A stretch of DNA of 64,000 nt, taken from a virus. Below the pieces are notes generated by a model that was given only the letters and a program-made list of their open reading frames with translations, was not told the DNA's origin and made no database searches. Made by a program: the position numbers and the translations under genes. This document shows positions 20,040-30,198 of the stretch, piece after piece. Where the stretch lies: IMG/VR virus record IMGVR_UViG_3300032753_001573, positions 1 through 64,000 of that record, one strand, 5' to 3'. Numbering within the stretch: position 1 is the first letter of the stretch; every line of letters starts with the position of its first letter.

Positions 20040-21176
20040 TTAGACTATATCCGGGTCTAATTTAGCTTTCAACGCTTGCCTCAGATCTTGTTGCTCGGGT
20101 ATTGTAGTCCCGTCTTGTAGCGTTGTTGTGTTTGTGTTATTTATGAAGCTGGTTAGCAGTACAGTGGCAGGTGTCCAACTGGTTCTCCAATTTACTTGAG
20201 TTCTTACCCATATTCCTGTTCCAGTTACTGGTCCTAGCTCTCGTTTAAACAACATAGCTGGCATATAATCTGTACGTAAGAAATAATCACCTACTAACGG
20301 ATCGCTTGGAAACGTAGTACCGTTGTTTACAGGTTTGCTACCGTCTGGCGGAATACCGTCTGAAACAAATATACTGACGGGTTCGTCTTGATTTCTAGGT
20401 AGTATCCAAAATTGTGCATCTTGAAATACTCTAAAAGGTACTTCTGCTGTAGCTTGATCAACTATAGCATTGTTGATAGCTATTTGGTTATTGTAAGTGC
20501 TGATTAAATCTCCAAGTGTTATGGTGTTGCCATTGCCGCTTGCCACAGGATCACCGTTGACATCTGTAGCAGGTAGATTGAGAATTTGACTGAACTCTTG
20601 CGTAGCAGGCATTGGATTACATTTGACTCTCCATAGATGATTCCACCATGTTGGGCTCCAACCTTCTGCAGGGCGTGCACCTTCTTGTACTACATAATAT
20701 TTGGCTATACTAACATCGGCGCCAAGCACTAGGTCATCTCTCCTGTGACATACTTCTATAACATCGCCACTCATCAAGGTTCTGCCAATACAATTGACCA
20801 TATCATTGAGATGGAATGTCATGAAGATAGTATCATTGCTAAGGAACAACCCAAACTGTCTTAGATCAAACTCAGTATCGCTAAGTTGATAATGCCCTTT
20901 GAGGCTATAGACATTTGGATCGTAATTGCGATCTCTATTTTCCATGTTGAGCACATCTTGTATACCTAGCTCTGGTACACTTCCGTTGCCTAGCAGCGTT
21001 CCATCTCCGCCCGGTTGTGTTGCATCACCTGTAGCAGGCGCTTGTACAGGACCTAGGTACTTGTGAATCCACATTTCGCTTGCGCTGATTCTATAGTACT
21101 CGCTTATTGTGCGATCTATGAATTTGTAGTCATTGGTCTTGACATTTTGGCCCTTCCAAAGGGTAAACGGTGCCAT
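20040..21176 (-). CDS. gp14: Neck protein (T4 gp14-like)
   Basis: NDY.F.D..I.E, HKYLGP, IQD.L..ENRDR.YD, FDL.QFGLFL; upstream of gp15. Confidence 0.75.
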   Translation of the reverse strand: MAPFTLWKGQNVKTNDYKFIDRTISEYYRISASEMWIHKYLGPVQAPATGDATQPGGDGTLLGNGSVPELGIQDVLNMENRDRNYDPNVYSLKGHYQLSDTEFDLRQFGLFLSNDTIFMTFHLNDMVNCIGRTLMSGDVIEVCHRRDDLVLGADVSIAKYYVVQEGARPAEGWSPTWWNHLWRVKCNPMPATQEFSQILNLPATDVNGDPVASGNGNTITLGDLISTYNNQIAINNAIVDQATAEVPFRVFQDAQFWILPRNQDEPVSIFVSDGIPPDGSKPVNNGTTFPSDPLVGDYFLRTDYMPAMLFKRELGPVTGTGIWVRTQVNWRTSWTPATVLLTSFINNTNTTTLQDGTTIPEQQDLRQALKAKLDPDIV

Positions 21177-21234
21177 ATTACATTCCTTAACTGTTTTATT
21201 ATTTATCGGGCTCTAATTACATCTATATTATGTA

Positions 21235-21263
21235 GTTGACATCTACATTTTAGATGCTAGTAT
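21235..21263 (+). promoter_or_regulatory. Sigma70-type early promoter with embedded palindrome
   Basis: TTGACA 21236-41, TGcTAGTAT ending 21263; spacer contains CATCTA-N5-TAGATG. Confidence 0.55.
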
Positions 21264-21296
21264 GCGATTCTTAACACAAACTGAGAGGGCATATTA

Positions 21297-21443
21297 ATGA
21301 ATCTTTATGAAGCACAGATCAAGGTAGGTTTTGGACTTGTTCGCGTCACTGTCCGTAGTGATAATACATATCACGCACGTATTATGCTTGAGCGACAGTA
21401 CGGTTCTGGTAATGTTATCAATCTGCATCAGGTAAATGGCTGA
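21297..21443 (+). CDS. 48-aa small early protein (absent from ORF track)
   Basis: MNLYEAQIKVGFGLVRVTVRSDNTYHARIMLERQYGSGNVINLHQVNG; GAGGG RBS and promoter upstream. Confidence 0.65.
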   Translation: MNLYEAQIKVGFGLVRVTVRSDNTYHARIMLERQYGSGNVINLHQVNG

Positions 21444-21492
21444 GATCATTAGCTATTTTTTCTGATAATTTAGTGATTTTTGGTATCTTTTT

Positions 21493-21531
21493 GGTTGACT
21501 GTACGAGTCTTTATGCTATTATAGCACATAG
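21493..21531 (+). promoter_or_regulatory. Early promoter, motif GGTTGAC-N-ATGCTATT-N-ACATAG
   Basis: Same architecture recurs at 56371-56410; T-rich UP element. Confidence 0.7.
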
Positions 21532-21543
21532 ACGGAGGACATA

Positions 21544-22584
21544 ATGGCTAGAATTACTTGGATGCCAAACTTCACTGCTATCGGTTCCTTCTCCGAGACG
21601 CAAGCTACGGACTGGCAGGATGCTATGGATTGGGCTCGACTTGAAGTTGAGCTTGACGTCCTCAAGGCAGCGTTCCTCGAGTGGCACGATTACATGCAGC
21701 TTGAGCATGTGGATTATTTTGCCAAGCTGCCTACGTGGCAATTCCAGACGCTGGGCCGCGTGGCTCTGCTCCTTAACAAGGGCGCTACACCCACTGCTGA
21801 CACTATGAAGTGGTTCGCTGCTAGGGTGCAGGCTATGATTGCCCAGGTGCCTGCGGCTGTTAATGCTGATGAGCAGGTTGAAGATGACGCTGCTCAGACT
21901 GCTGCTCAGCGTCGTACCAAGGAGTACGTTGACCTTTACAGCTTCATTGACGCTGTTAGGGTTAAGTTTGCTGACAACGAGGACGAGCTGGAGACTCAGA
22001 TTGTTGAGCGTCTCAAGCAGCGCAATCCCAACCGTGCTCAGCTCAAGAAGCTCTACCTGCACTACAAGGAGAGCTTGGCAGATGCAATGGCTGAGAAGGC
22101 CAACCCCGAGGTTGCCAAGACCATTGATCCGCTGATTGTTGCAGTGAACGTGTTGGCTAGCTTCACCGGCAATGCCAAGGTTGCTAGCCAGTCCAAGAAG
22201 GCCACTGCCAAGAATCAAAAGGCAGTTGCTGGTGTTACTGTCAAGTCCGTTGATACAGACACCAACATCACCAGCGTCAGCCCTGCAATGATTCCTAGAT
22301 CCAGCGTTGTGGTGATGTATAACACCAAGACTCGCAAGGTTGTGATCTACAGTGCCAAGGCTGACACCAAGCTGAGCATCAAGGGGACCAAGGTTATTGG
22401 TTATGATGAGGCAACGAGCTTCAGCAAGACGCTGCGTAAGCCCAAAACGGTATTGCCGTCCCTGCGCGATGCTGCCAACAGCAAGCGTGTGAAGATGGTA
22501 CTGGACAAGTATGTCAAGGGCAAGGCGCATGTTGTGAATGGTCAAATCAACAAGGACACGGTGATTGTTAAGGTCTTCAAGTAA
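21544..22584 (+). CDS. Hypothetical early protein
   Basis: GGAGG RBS, strong promoter, high-GC codon usage; C-terminal YN.K.RK...Y, KGT...G.D...S..KTLRKP. Confidence 0.8.
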   Translation: MARITWMPNFTAIGSFSETQATDWQDAMDWARLEVELDVLKAAFLEWHDYMQLEHVDYFAKLPTWQFQTLGRVALLLNKGATPTADTMKWFAARVQAMIAQVPAAVNADEQVEDDAAQTAAQRRTKEYVDLYSFIDAVRVKFADNEDELETQIVERLKQRNPNRAQLKKLYLHYKESLADAMAEKANPEVAKTIDPLIVAVNVLASFTGNAKVASQSKKATAKNQKAVAGVTVKSVDTDTNITSVSPAMIPRSSVVVMYNTKTRKVVIYSAKADTKLSIKGTKVIGYDEATSFSKTLRKPKTVLPSLRDAANSKRVKMVLDKYVKGKAHVVNGQINKDTVIVKVFK

Positions 22585-22605
22585 GACCAAACAATAGAAG
22601 CATTG

Positions 22606-22639
22606 AGCCCGCTGGACTAATCCAGCGGGCTTTTCTTTT
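22606..22639 (+). terminator. Rho-independent terminator
   Basis: agcccgctgga-ctaa-tccagcgggct followed by T-run; late promoter TATAAATA follows at 22643-22650. Confidence 0.85.
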
Positions 22640-22669
22640 GGCTATAAATACTGCACGAGGTAACGTGCC

Positions 22670-23425
22670 ATGGCGATTGAATATAGACAGAAGATAATAA
22701 ATCAAGTCAAATCTATGTTGGGTGGTTCAATGATTGACATTGAACTCAATCCAGACGACTATCAAACGGCATTGGATTTGGCATTTGATCGTTACAGGCA
22801 GCGTAGTGGTAATGCAGATCTAGAATCTTATATGTTTTTGAGCCTGCAATATGAGGTGACTGAATATTATCTCCCAGAGAACGTTACCAGTGTTAGGCAG
22901 ATATTCAGAAGAGGTACTGGTGAGACTACAGGTGGCACTAACCTAGATCCATTCAGCCTTAGCTACACCAACATGTACCTATTGCAAGCTGGTGCAGGTG
23001 GTGGCTATACTGCAGGCTTGCTAACATATGAATTGTTCTATCAATATCTAGATCAGGCAGGGCGTATGTTTGGTCGCGACATCAACTTTACTTTTGATAC
23101 AGTTACCAAGAAGTTAAGCCTAGTGCGTAAGCCAACTGGCGGCGAAGCATTGCTGATATGGTGTTATATGTATCGACCAGATGAGACCATTCTAGAAGAT
23201 CCTTATGCTCGCCCATGGATAAGAGATTATACTCTAGCTTGGTGCAAACAGATGCTAGGCGAAGTCTACAGTAAGTTTACAAACGGTTTAGCTGGTCCAC
23301 AAGGTGGAGTTACGTTGAAGGGTGATGCATTAAAGCAGGAAGCAGTTGCTATGATGGAGAAGCTAGAGAAGGATATTGACCTTTATGTCGACAATGCGGT
23401 ACCTCTGGGGGTCATAATTGCCTAA
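22670..23425 (+). CDS. gp13: Neck protein (T4 gp13-like)
   Basis: LG....D.EL, Y.LP..V..VR, W..DY.LA..K..LG...SKF...AGP.GG..L.G..LK.EA. Confidence 0.85.
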   Translation: MAIEYRQKIINQVKSMLGGSMIDIELNPDDYQTALDLAFDRYRQRSGNADLESYMFLSLQYEVTEYYLPENVTSVRQIFRRGTGETTGGTNLDPFSLSYTNMYLLQAGAGGGYTAGLLTYELFYQYLDQAGRMFGRDINFTFDTVTKKLSLVRKPTGGEALLIWCYMYRPDETILEDPYARPWIRDYTLAWCKQMLGEVYSKFTNGLAGPQGGVTLKGDALKQEAVAMMEKLEKDIDLYVDNAVPLGVIIA

Positions 23426-23428
23426 TGG

Positions 23429-23995
23429 TTATTCCCAAAGGCTATCTATTGCTATCTTTGCAGCTCTGCTCAGTCGCTCGCTGCCTATAGCAGCATAAAT
23501 TCTGCTTGGTCTTGGTACATCATTTATGCGAGTCCATTTGGTACTCCACATAAACCAATTCTCGCTTTTTAAATCAAACATGTATAGCTCGCATAGCTTC
23601 ATTGGTTCTTGATCATAGAGAAATCTATCTACATATATTTGTGCAGGCCATGCAATATCACCTGCTATCTTTAACAAGCTAGCATCGCTAGTAAACACTC
23701 CAATTAAATATACCTTCTCGCACCATCTCACAATGAAACTATCTCTACGCAGCTGATCGTCTAACAGTTTGTCGCCAGTTGGCCAAGATCTGTGTATACT
23801 TTTATTAGCTCTTAGAAGATAGTTATCTGATTCCTTCATCCTCTCGCTGCTAAGATGGAATATGTTAGGTCCCACAGCAGGTGTATTTGGTGGAACCATA
23901 TATGCAACATCGTGATGATTGTTTACAGCTTCTGATGAGAATACAGAAGCTAACCCGTCTTGCAGGGTAGTAATTAGCATATTTTCAGATAGCAT
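23429..23995 (-). CDS. Hypothetical protein (possibly degenerate SLOG-like fold)
   Basis: ANK...R..P, LRRD...V, AG..AW.AQ...D, YA.IG.R pattern; overlaps gp1. Confidence 0.4.
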   Translation of the reverse strand: MLSENMLITTLQDGLASVFSSEAVNNHHDVAYMVPPNTPAVGPNIFHLSSERMKESDNYLLRANKSIHRSWPTGDKLLDDQLRRDSFIVRWCEKVYLIGVFTSDASLLKIAGDIAWPAQIYVDRFLYDQEPMKLCELYMFDLKSENWFMWSTKWTRINDVPRPSRIYAAIGSERLSRAAKIAIDSLWE

Positions 23996-24596
23996 CGGTT
24001 AATAAATTCCTTATGTTGGTATGTAAATTTTCAAGTGTGCTATCGTTATATATTATGCAATTGAAATTTGATTTGGCCCACATCCATTCGCTTGGATGCA
24101 CGTCATTGGGTATTACATCTTGCTCTGCATAGTTAGTGAACCAATCGGGATCGTGCCCACGGGATACTTTCCACACTTTGCCTCCCATGCTCTTGATCAT
24201 ATCTATTTCATTGGGAAATCTAGTATCAGGTATCACAAAGTTTTTGGTAGGATGAGATTGGCTCAGCGTTAGTAGTTTGCGTTCCATGCTGGCAATCCAA
24301 ATGTCTTGATGGAATCCTCCTCGGCAAACTTCAGTACCCCAATTTTGAAGTATCCATCGAGGAGTTAGGTTAGGTTTTTCCAATCTTTTGGACCACCACG
24401 GGTCTACTTGTTCTCTCCACTCGCGACTTTCTGCAGTATCACCTTCTAACATTTCTCTAGGCCAACAGAATATAGCAGCAATTGCATCTTTCAAACTATC
24501 AGCGAAGCTCAGCTTTATAAAGCCGTGTTCTCTTTCTAAGATGTCTGCAACGGTACCTTTACCACTGCCTATCAATCCACATATTCCTATTATCAT
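23985..24596 (-). CDS. gp1: Deoxynucleoside monophosphate kinase (T4 gp1-like)
   Basis: IIGICG.IGSGK.T, SFA..LK, TPR..LQ.WGTE, D.RFPNE, H.SE. Confidence 0.92.
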   Translation of the reverse strand: MIIGICGLIGSGKGTVADILEREHGFIKLSFADSLKDAIAAIFCWPREMLEGDTAESREWREQVDPWWSKRLEKPNLTPRWILQNWGTEVCRGGFHQDIWIASMERKLLTLSQSHPTKNFVIPDTRFPNEIDMIKSMGGKVWKVSRGHDPDWFTNYAEQDVIPNDVHPSEWMWAKSNFNCIIYNDSTLENLHTNIRNLLTDAI

Positions 24597-24724
24597 TCAA
24601 CACCTTTTTATATATGATAATATCTGAGCAAGTCTATCACAAGACCCTGTTTATAGTACACTGAATTTCATAGGTGTATATAAATAAATGAACAAAGAAA
24701 CAACTTCTAGGAGAGGTAAAACAC

Positions 24725-27700
24725 ATGGCTACATTAGTATCACCTGGAGTATCGGTATCAGTAACTGATGAGAGTTTTTATGCTCCATCTGGTCCTGGTA
24801 CAGTCCCACTCATTATATTTTCATCGGCAGCAAACAAGTTGCAATCAGGTAGCACAACTACAATTGCGCCTGGATCATTAACTAGCAATGCGGGTCAACT
24901 GTATTTGATGACCAGCCAAAGAGATGTTCTTACTACGTTTGGTGTACCAACATTCTATAACGTTGATAGCACGCCGCAGTATGATAATGAATTAAATGAG
25001 CTTGGCCTGTTTACACTTTATCAATACCTTGGTATTGCAAACACCGCTTATGCATTGAGAGCTGATATAGATCTCGGCCAACTATCCCCTTCTTCAACTG
25101 CACCGGTTGGTCCTGTTCAAAATGGATCTTACTGGTTAGACCTTACAAATTCTACATGGGGTATCTTCCAGTCAAATGGCAATATTAATGGCGCATATGC
25201 TTGGGAGGCTATTAAACCACATGTAATATCTAATTCTGAGAACTTAGAGCTTGTAGCTCAAGGTTATTGTGATCCAAAACTAACCAGTAGCAATGATGGT
25301 ATCATACCCTACGGGTTACCAAACTACAAGTTAGTAATCAACGGAATAACAGTATTCCTTGCTGCCAACGACAGCATCACTAATGTTGCAAGCAAGATTA
25401 ATAATAATCCCGGTGTTGCTAAGTTAGGTATAACAGCTACAATATTTGCTAGAACAGAGCTTTATGCACTAGGTGACACTGCATACGGAGACGTTTATAA
25501 TCTTCGTTTAGTAAGCACTGACATTAATGGATACTTTGACTTAACTGGCAGCGAACCCGCAATATTAACTGCATTAGGTTTAGTAGTTGAACCAACTGCA
25601 GTAGTTGCACCAGCTAGTTCATTTGGTATAGATGGTAACTATGCCGTTGATACAGTTAGCATTGGATATTACGACACTGCTCCTGCTAACAGAGTTTGGC
25701 AGAAGATAACGCTTACAACCAGCAGCACTACAACAGCATGGTGGTTATTTGTTGGCAGCACTGATGCTGATTTCCCAGGTTGGGGTTGGAGAGAATCTGT
25801 TCCAAAAGTAATTACTGGAACTGTTCCAAATCCAAGCTTTACTGCTGGACAAACTTGTTTAATTGGTACAGGCGACAGCGAACCTTTAACTATAACAGTT
25901 CTGGGAATTTCTCCTGCTACGGTTACATTGGCTCCTTTTGTAGACGCTATCAACAGTGTTATAACTGGTAACAATTTGAATGCAGTTGCAAGCATCTATA
26001 CAGTTGGCAGAACAAGCTACCTACAGATAACCAATTTTGATGGTACTGATACGTTCTTCAAAGATAATAGCGATGAGACAGGTGCACAACATCCATGGAA
26101 GAATGCTGGTATTTCTACCAGTCAAACATATTATGGTTCAGCAACAGGTACGGTAGCTAACCCAACATTTATTGCTCCTACTTATGATACAGCAAGTGCA
26201 GCAGTACAGAATCCAGGTACAGGTTATCTAGTAGGTGATTCACTTACGGTATCTGGAGGTACAGCAACTACTATGACTAGCCTATCAGTTAGTAGCTTAC
26301 AGGTAGTTGGTGCAGTTACATCATTAGGTGGCACTAACTATGCTCAAGGCGACACCCTTACTTTCTCTGGTTCAGGTTACACAACACCTGTTATCTTAAC
26401 TGTTACCAGTGTGTCAAGTGGTGTAATAACTGGCTTGAAGATAACACAAGCAGGTCAATTTACTGGACCAACACCTCCAACTAGTAGTGTTTCATATAGC
26501 AGCCATCAGTCATCACTTGGTTCTGGTGCTACCATTAACTTGACATGGGGTGTTGCTACAGTGAATGTTAGCGTAGCAGGCAACTATACAGTGTATCCAA
26601 CAAGTCCTGTTGTAATAACAGGCGGTAACGGAAACAATGCAACGTTTAACTTGACTTTTGGATATCTAACAAGTAACACGTTTACTATTGATCCAGGCAC
26701 AGGTCCGGTTTCAATTACTGTTACTGGAACAACACTAACTGATGTTATAAATGATATCAATGCAGCGTTCCCATCTGGACCAATAGTTGCTTCTGGAATA
26801 GTGAGCGGACCAAACAATTACCTGCAGATTACTAACAATAACAGCACTCAGTTTACTCTAACAGATGTTAGCGGATTGCCATTGAATGGTGCAGGTATAC
26901 AGGTAGGTTATACATACGGAAGGCAGTTGGTATTCCAAGGATATACTCCTTCGCTAACTGTACCATCTGGGCTTGCACAACTTGCTGCTACTAACGTTTG
27001 GATAAACACAAGCAGTTCAGACAGAGGTGTCAACTTAGTACTCAACCGTTATGTTGATGGTGCGTATATCCAGCAGAACTCAACTCCTAACCTAGGCTAT
27101 ATACCTGTATATTCTAGCGATAGCTATGCAGATGCAGGTTTTGGTTCAACCAAAACTATTGGCAGCATATATGCAAGATATAACAACTACGGAAGTTCAC
27201 CTCTAGAAGCAAGCATGATGCTTTATCAATGGAATGGTACTGTATGGGCACAGCTCACATACACACCTAGCTTAACCGCACCAGGCGGCGAGCCAATTGA
27301 TGGTACGTTGTGGTTTAATACAGCATTCCAGTATGATTTTATGGTTAGTGACGGTCAAGTTTGGAGAGGATATCGTAATGTGTTTCCGGCTACAGATCCA
27401 AACGGTCCTATACTAAGCGCATCGCAGCCAGTTTCTCAAAGCACCGGTGCTAATTTAGTAGATAGCGACATATGGGTTGATACATCACAGCAGACAGTTT
27501 TTACAGCTTATCGTTATGATGCAACAAACACAACATGGAGACTGATAGATAATACTGATCACAGTACACCAGCAGGAATAATTTTCCAAGATGCTCGTGC
27601 AACTGCTGATGGTACCCTGACCGGTAGTACTCTACCAGCTGCAATGGTATTGAGCGATATAGTTGATCCGGATGCTCCTGATGCTCATCTTTATCCTGCA

Positions 27701-28789
27701 CGTTTGTTGCTATGCAATACACGCTATAGCACCGACAATGTGAAGCAGTGGTATTCAAACTGGTTCCCAACTAAGATTGGTGATACTGCAAGATGGGTAA
27801 CTGCTAGCGGAAATGCACCAGATGGTTCGCCTTATATAGGAAGAGCTGCACAGAGAGTTATGATTGTTAGATCACTGAAATCAGTAATAGCAAGCAGCCA
27901 AGATGCTCGTGCAGAACAAAACTTCTTCAATCTCATGGCAACTCCTGGGTATGTTGAATGCTTGGAAGATATGGTTACGTTGAATACTGATAAGGGTAAC
28001 GTAGCATTCATAGTAGGTGACACACCTTCTACACTTGATCCATCTGGAACAAGCATACAACAATGGGCAACTAATGCTAATGACGTAGCAGATAATGGTC
28101 CAAACGGATTAACTACAGCTGACCCATATGCTGGTTTGTATTATCCGTGGGGACTTGGTACAGCACTAGACGGTAGTTCGGTACTAATACCTCCAAGCAC
28201 GATAGCATTGACTGTTATGGCATACAACGATCAAGTTGCATATCCATGGTTCCCACCAGCTGGATTCAATCGCGGACTTGTTACTAATGCTACAAGTGTT
28301 GGTTATGTGAAGTCAGATGGTACATATCAGCCATTGATATTGAACCAAGGTCAGCGCGACGTTCTTTACACAAACAACATTAATCCTATTGCATACATTC
28401 CAAATCGTGGATTGGTAGTGTATGGACAGAAGACTTTGAATCCAGTTGCTTCTGCACTTGACAGAGTCAATGTTGCAAGGTTGATTAATTATCTATCTTA
28501 TTACCTAGATAATTTAGCTAAGCCGTTCTTGTTTGAGCTCAATGATGCTCAGACTAGATCACAGGTTGTTACAGTGTTCAACAGCTTCATGGGTAGCTTG
28601 TTGAGTTTGAGAGCACTCTATGACTTCTCAGTAGTTTGCGACTCAAGCAACAACACACCAACAACAATCGATGCCAATGAGCTATGGATAGATGTTGCTA
28701 TACAACCTGAGAAGGCAATTGAGTTCATCTATATTCCAATAAGGATATTGAACACAGGCGCTACTCTACCATCAAGCACTGGTTATTGA
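24725..28789 (+). CDS. gp18: Tail sheath protein (T4 gp18-like), 1354 aa with large insertions
   Basis: LVSPGVSV...DES N-terminus; PWF.PAG..RG, RD.LY...INPI, GQKTL, SALDR.NV.RL, P.KA.EFI C-terminus; TATAAATA 24679-86. Confidence 0.95.
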   Translation: MATLVSPGVSVSVTDESFYAPSGPGTVPLIIFSSAANKLQSGSTTTIAPGSLTSNAGQLYLMTSQRDVLTTFGVPTFYNVDSTPQYDNELNELGLFTLYQYLGIANTAYALRADIDLGQLSPSSTAPVGPVQNGSYWLDLTNSTWGIFQSNGNINGAYAWEAIKPHVISNSENLELVAQGYCDPKLTSSNDGIIPYGLPNYKLVINGITVFLAANDSITNVASKINNNPGVAKLGITATIFARTELYALGDTAYGDVYNLRLVSTDINGYFDLTGSEPAILTALGLVVEPTAVVAPASSFGIDGNYAVDTVSIGYYDTAPANRVWQKITLTTSSTTTAWWLFVGSTDADFPGWGWRESVPKVITGTVPNPSFTAGQTCLIGTGDSEPLTITVLGISPATVTLAPFVDAINSVITGNNLNAVASIYTVGRTSYLQITNFDGTDTFFKDNSDETGAQHPWKNAGISTSQTYYGSATGTVANPTFIAPTYDTASAAVQNPGTGYLVGDSLTVSGGTATTMTSLSVSSLQVVGAVTSLGGTNYAQGDTLTFSGSGYTTPVILTVTSVSSGVITGLKITQAGQFTGPTPPTSSVSYSSHQSSLGSGATINLTWGVATVNVSVAGNYTVYPTSPVVITGGNGNNATFNLTFGYLTSNTFTIDPGTGPVSITVTGTTLTDVINDINAAFPSGPIVASGIVSGPNNYLQITNNNSTQFTLTDVSGLPLNGAGIQVGYTYGRQLVFQGYTPSLTVPSGLAQLAATNVWINTSSSDRGVNLVLNRYVDGAYIQQNSTPNLGYIPVYSSDSYADAGFGSTKTIGSIYARYNNYGSSPLEASMMLYQWNGTVWAQLTYTPSLTAPGGEPIDGTLWFNTAFQYDFMVSDGQVWRGYRNVFPATDPNGPILSASQPVSQSTGANLVDSDIWVDTSQQTVFTAYRYDATNTTWRLIDNTDHSTPAGIIFQDARATADGTLTGSTLPAAMVLSDIVDPDAPDAHLYPARLLLCNTRYSTDNVKQWYSNWFPTKIGDTARWVTASGNAPDGSPYIGRAAQRVMIVRSLKSVIASSQDARAEQNFFNLMATPGYVECLEDMVTLNTDKGNVAFIVGDTPSTLDPSGTSIQQWATNANDVADNGPNGLTTADPYAGLYYPWGLGTALDGSSVLIPPSTIALTVMAYNDQVAYPWFPPAGFNRGLVTNATSVGYVKSDGTYQPLILNQGQRDVLYTNNINPIAYIPNRGLVVYGQKTLNPVASALDRVNVARLINYLSYYLDNLAKPFLFELNDAQTRSQVVTVFNSFMGSLLSLRALYDFSVVCDSSNNTPTTIDANELWIDVAIQPEKAIEFIYIPIRILNTGATLPSSTGY

Positions 28790-28796
28790 TGAATCA

Positions 28797-28830
28797 AATA
28801 GCGGGAGGTTTAAAATCTCCCGCTATTTTC
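28797..28830 (+). terminator. Rho-independent terminator
   Basis: aatagcgggag...ctcccgctatt followed by T-run. Confidence 0.8.
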
Positions 28831-28887
28831 TTGACTTGTAATCTTCATAAAATAGCAAGTTTGTACACTTATATCGTATAATGAATT

Positions 28888-30198
28888 ATGTCTAATACAT
28901 TCTGCCCAATTCCTTGGATATTTCATGCCGCTAGATCAAATGGAGATATGCGAGTATGCTGTCAAGCTAATATAACAGCTAACAAAGGTATCATACGTAA
29001 ACTAGATGGTACTGCATATAATGTTGGTATCGATACAGTAGATTCTTCTAGAAATGCTAAACTTATGAGAGCAATGCGCGTTAATATGTTGAACGGCGTA
29101 TGGAGTGATGAGTGCGGCAGATGTAAACAAGAAGAAAATAATGGCTTAATAAGTCGCCGTAGTTATGAGAATCAAACGTGGAATTATACTATAGAAGATG
29201 CTAAGAAAGATACTGCATTAGATGGTAGTATTGATATATTAACTGTTCCAATTACCTATTACGATCTCAGATTTGGTAATTTCTGTAACTTTAAATGCAG
29301 AATGTGCGGACCAGCTGATAGTGATTCTTGGTATGATGATCACATAAAGCTTACTGGTAAAGATACATTTGAAGATACATCTGGAGACGTTCAGATAATA
29401 GAAGTTGATGGCAAATTTGAGGCAAACGGTTTCGACTGGTACAAGAATGAAAAATTCTGGGAACATTTAGAATCAAATGTACACAGTATTAGACAGGTTT
29501 ATCTTGCCGGTGGTGAACCTATGCTGATACAGCGCCACTATAAATTTTTAGAATTATGTGTGAGCAAAGACGTAGCCAAAGACATAGTTATAGAATATAA
29601 CACCAATATGAGTACATTACCTTCTAGGGTTATTGAATTATGGAAAAATTTCAAACAGGTCAAGATAGGTGCAAGCGTTGATGGATTTGGTCCTATACAG
29701 GAATATCAAAGACACGGTGCAAAGTGGGATAAGACATTACGCAACTTGCAGATAGTTGATGATCTTCCGGTTAATATATCTGCGTGGTTGACATATACTG
29801 TAACAGCATACAACATATGGCATATGCCTGATTTTATGAAATGGAAATTAGAATTGAGCAGTTTTAAGAAGATCAATAGCTCAATTCATAGACCAATAGT
29901 AACACATCATGTAGCACATAATCCAAAAAATTTAAACATAAGAGTTTTACCTGATAGGTTTAAATTGGATATAGTTGAGAAATTTAATTCATTTGTGTCT
30001 TGGGTTAGAGATTCTAATTATGACTCGCATATTATAGAACAGGCTAAAACCATATCAAATGGCATATGCTCTTATATGAATAGTGAAAGCTATTATCAAT
30101 CACACTGGGATGATTTTTTAGATTATACATCAAAGTTAGATGCTATAAGATCAGAATCACTTGTAGCAGTTGAACCTAAATTTAAAGAGTATCTTTAA
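28888..30198 (+). CDS. Radical SAM protein with N-terminal twitch/SPASM-like Cys domain
   Basis: FCPIPW...CC...C.RC; CNFKCRMC; AGGEP; YNTN; SVDG. Confidence 0.9.
   Translation: MSNTFCPIPWIFHAARSNGDMRVCCQANITANKGIIRKLDGTAYNVGIDTVDSSRNAKLMRAMRVNMLNGVWSDECGRCKQEENNGLISRRSYENQTWNYTIEDAKKDTALDGSIDILTVPITYYDLRFGNFCNFKCRMCGPADSDSWYDDHIKLTGKDTFEDTSGDVQIIEVDGKFEANGFDWYKNEKFWEHLESNVHSIRQVYLAGGEPMLIQRHYKFLELCVSKDVAKDIVIEYNTNMSTLPSRVIELWKNFKQVKIGASVDGFGPIQEYQRHGAKWDKTLRNLQIVDDLPVNISAWLTYTVTAYNIWHMPDFMKWKLELSSFKKINSSIHRPIVTHHVAHNPKNLNIRVLPDRFKLDIVEKFNSFVSWVRDSNYDSHIIEQAKTISNGICSYMNSESYYQSHWDDFLDYTSKLDAIRSESLVAVEPKFKEYL

Noticed and set aside
21511-22590. 359-aa antisense ORF (also 56323..57345 and 1903..2538)
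   Set aside because: Shadow ORFs from codon bias of the sense genes, which have promoters, RBSs and motifs
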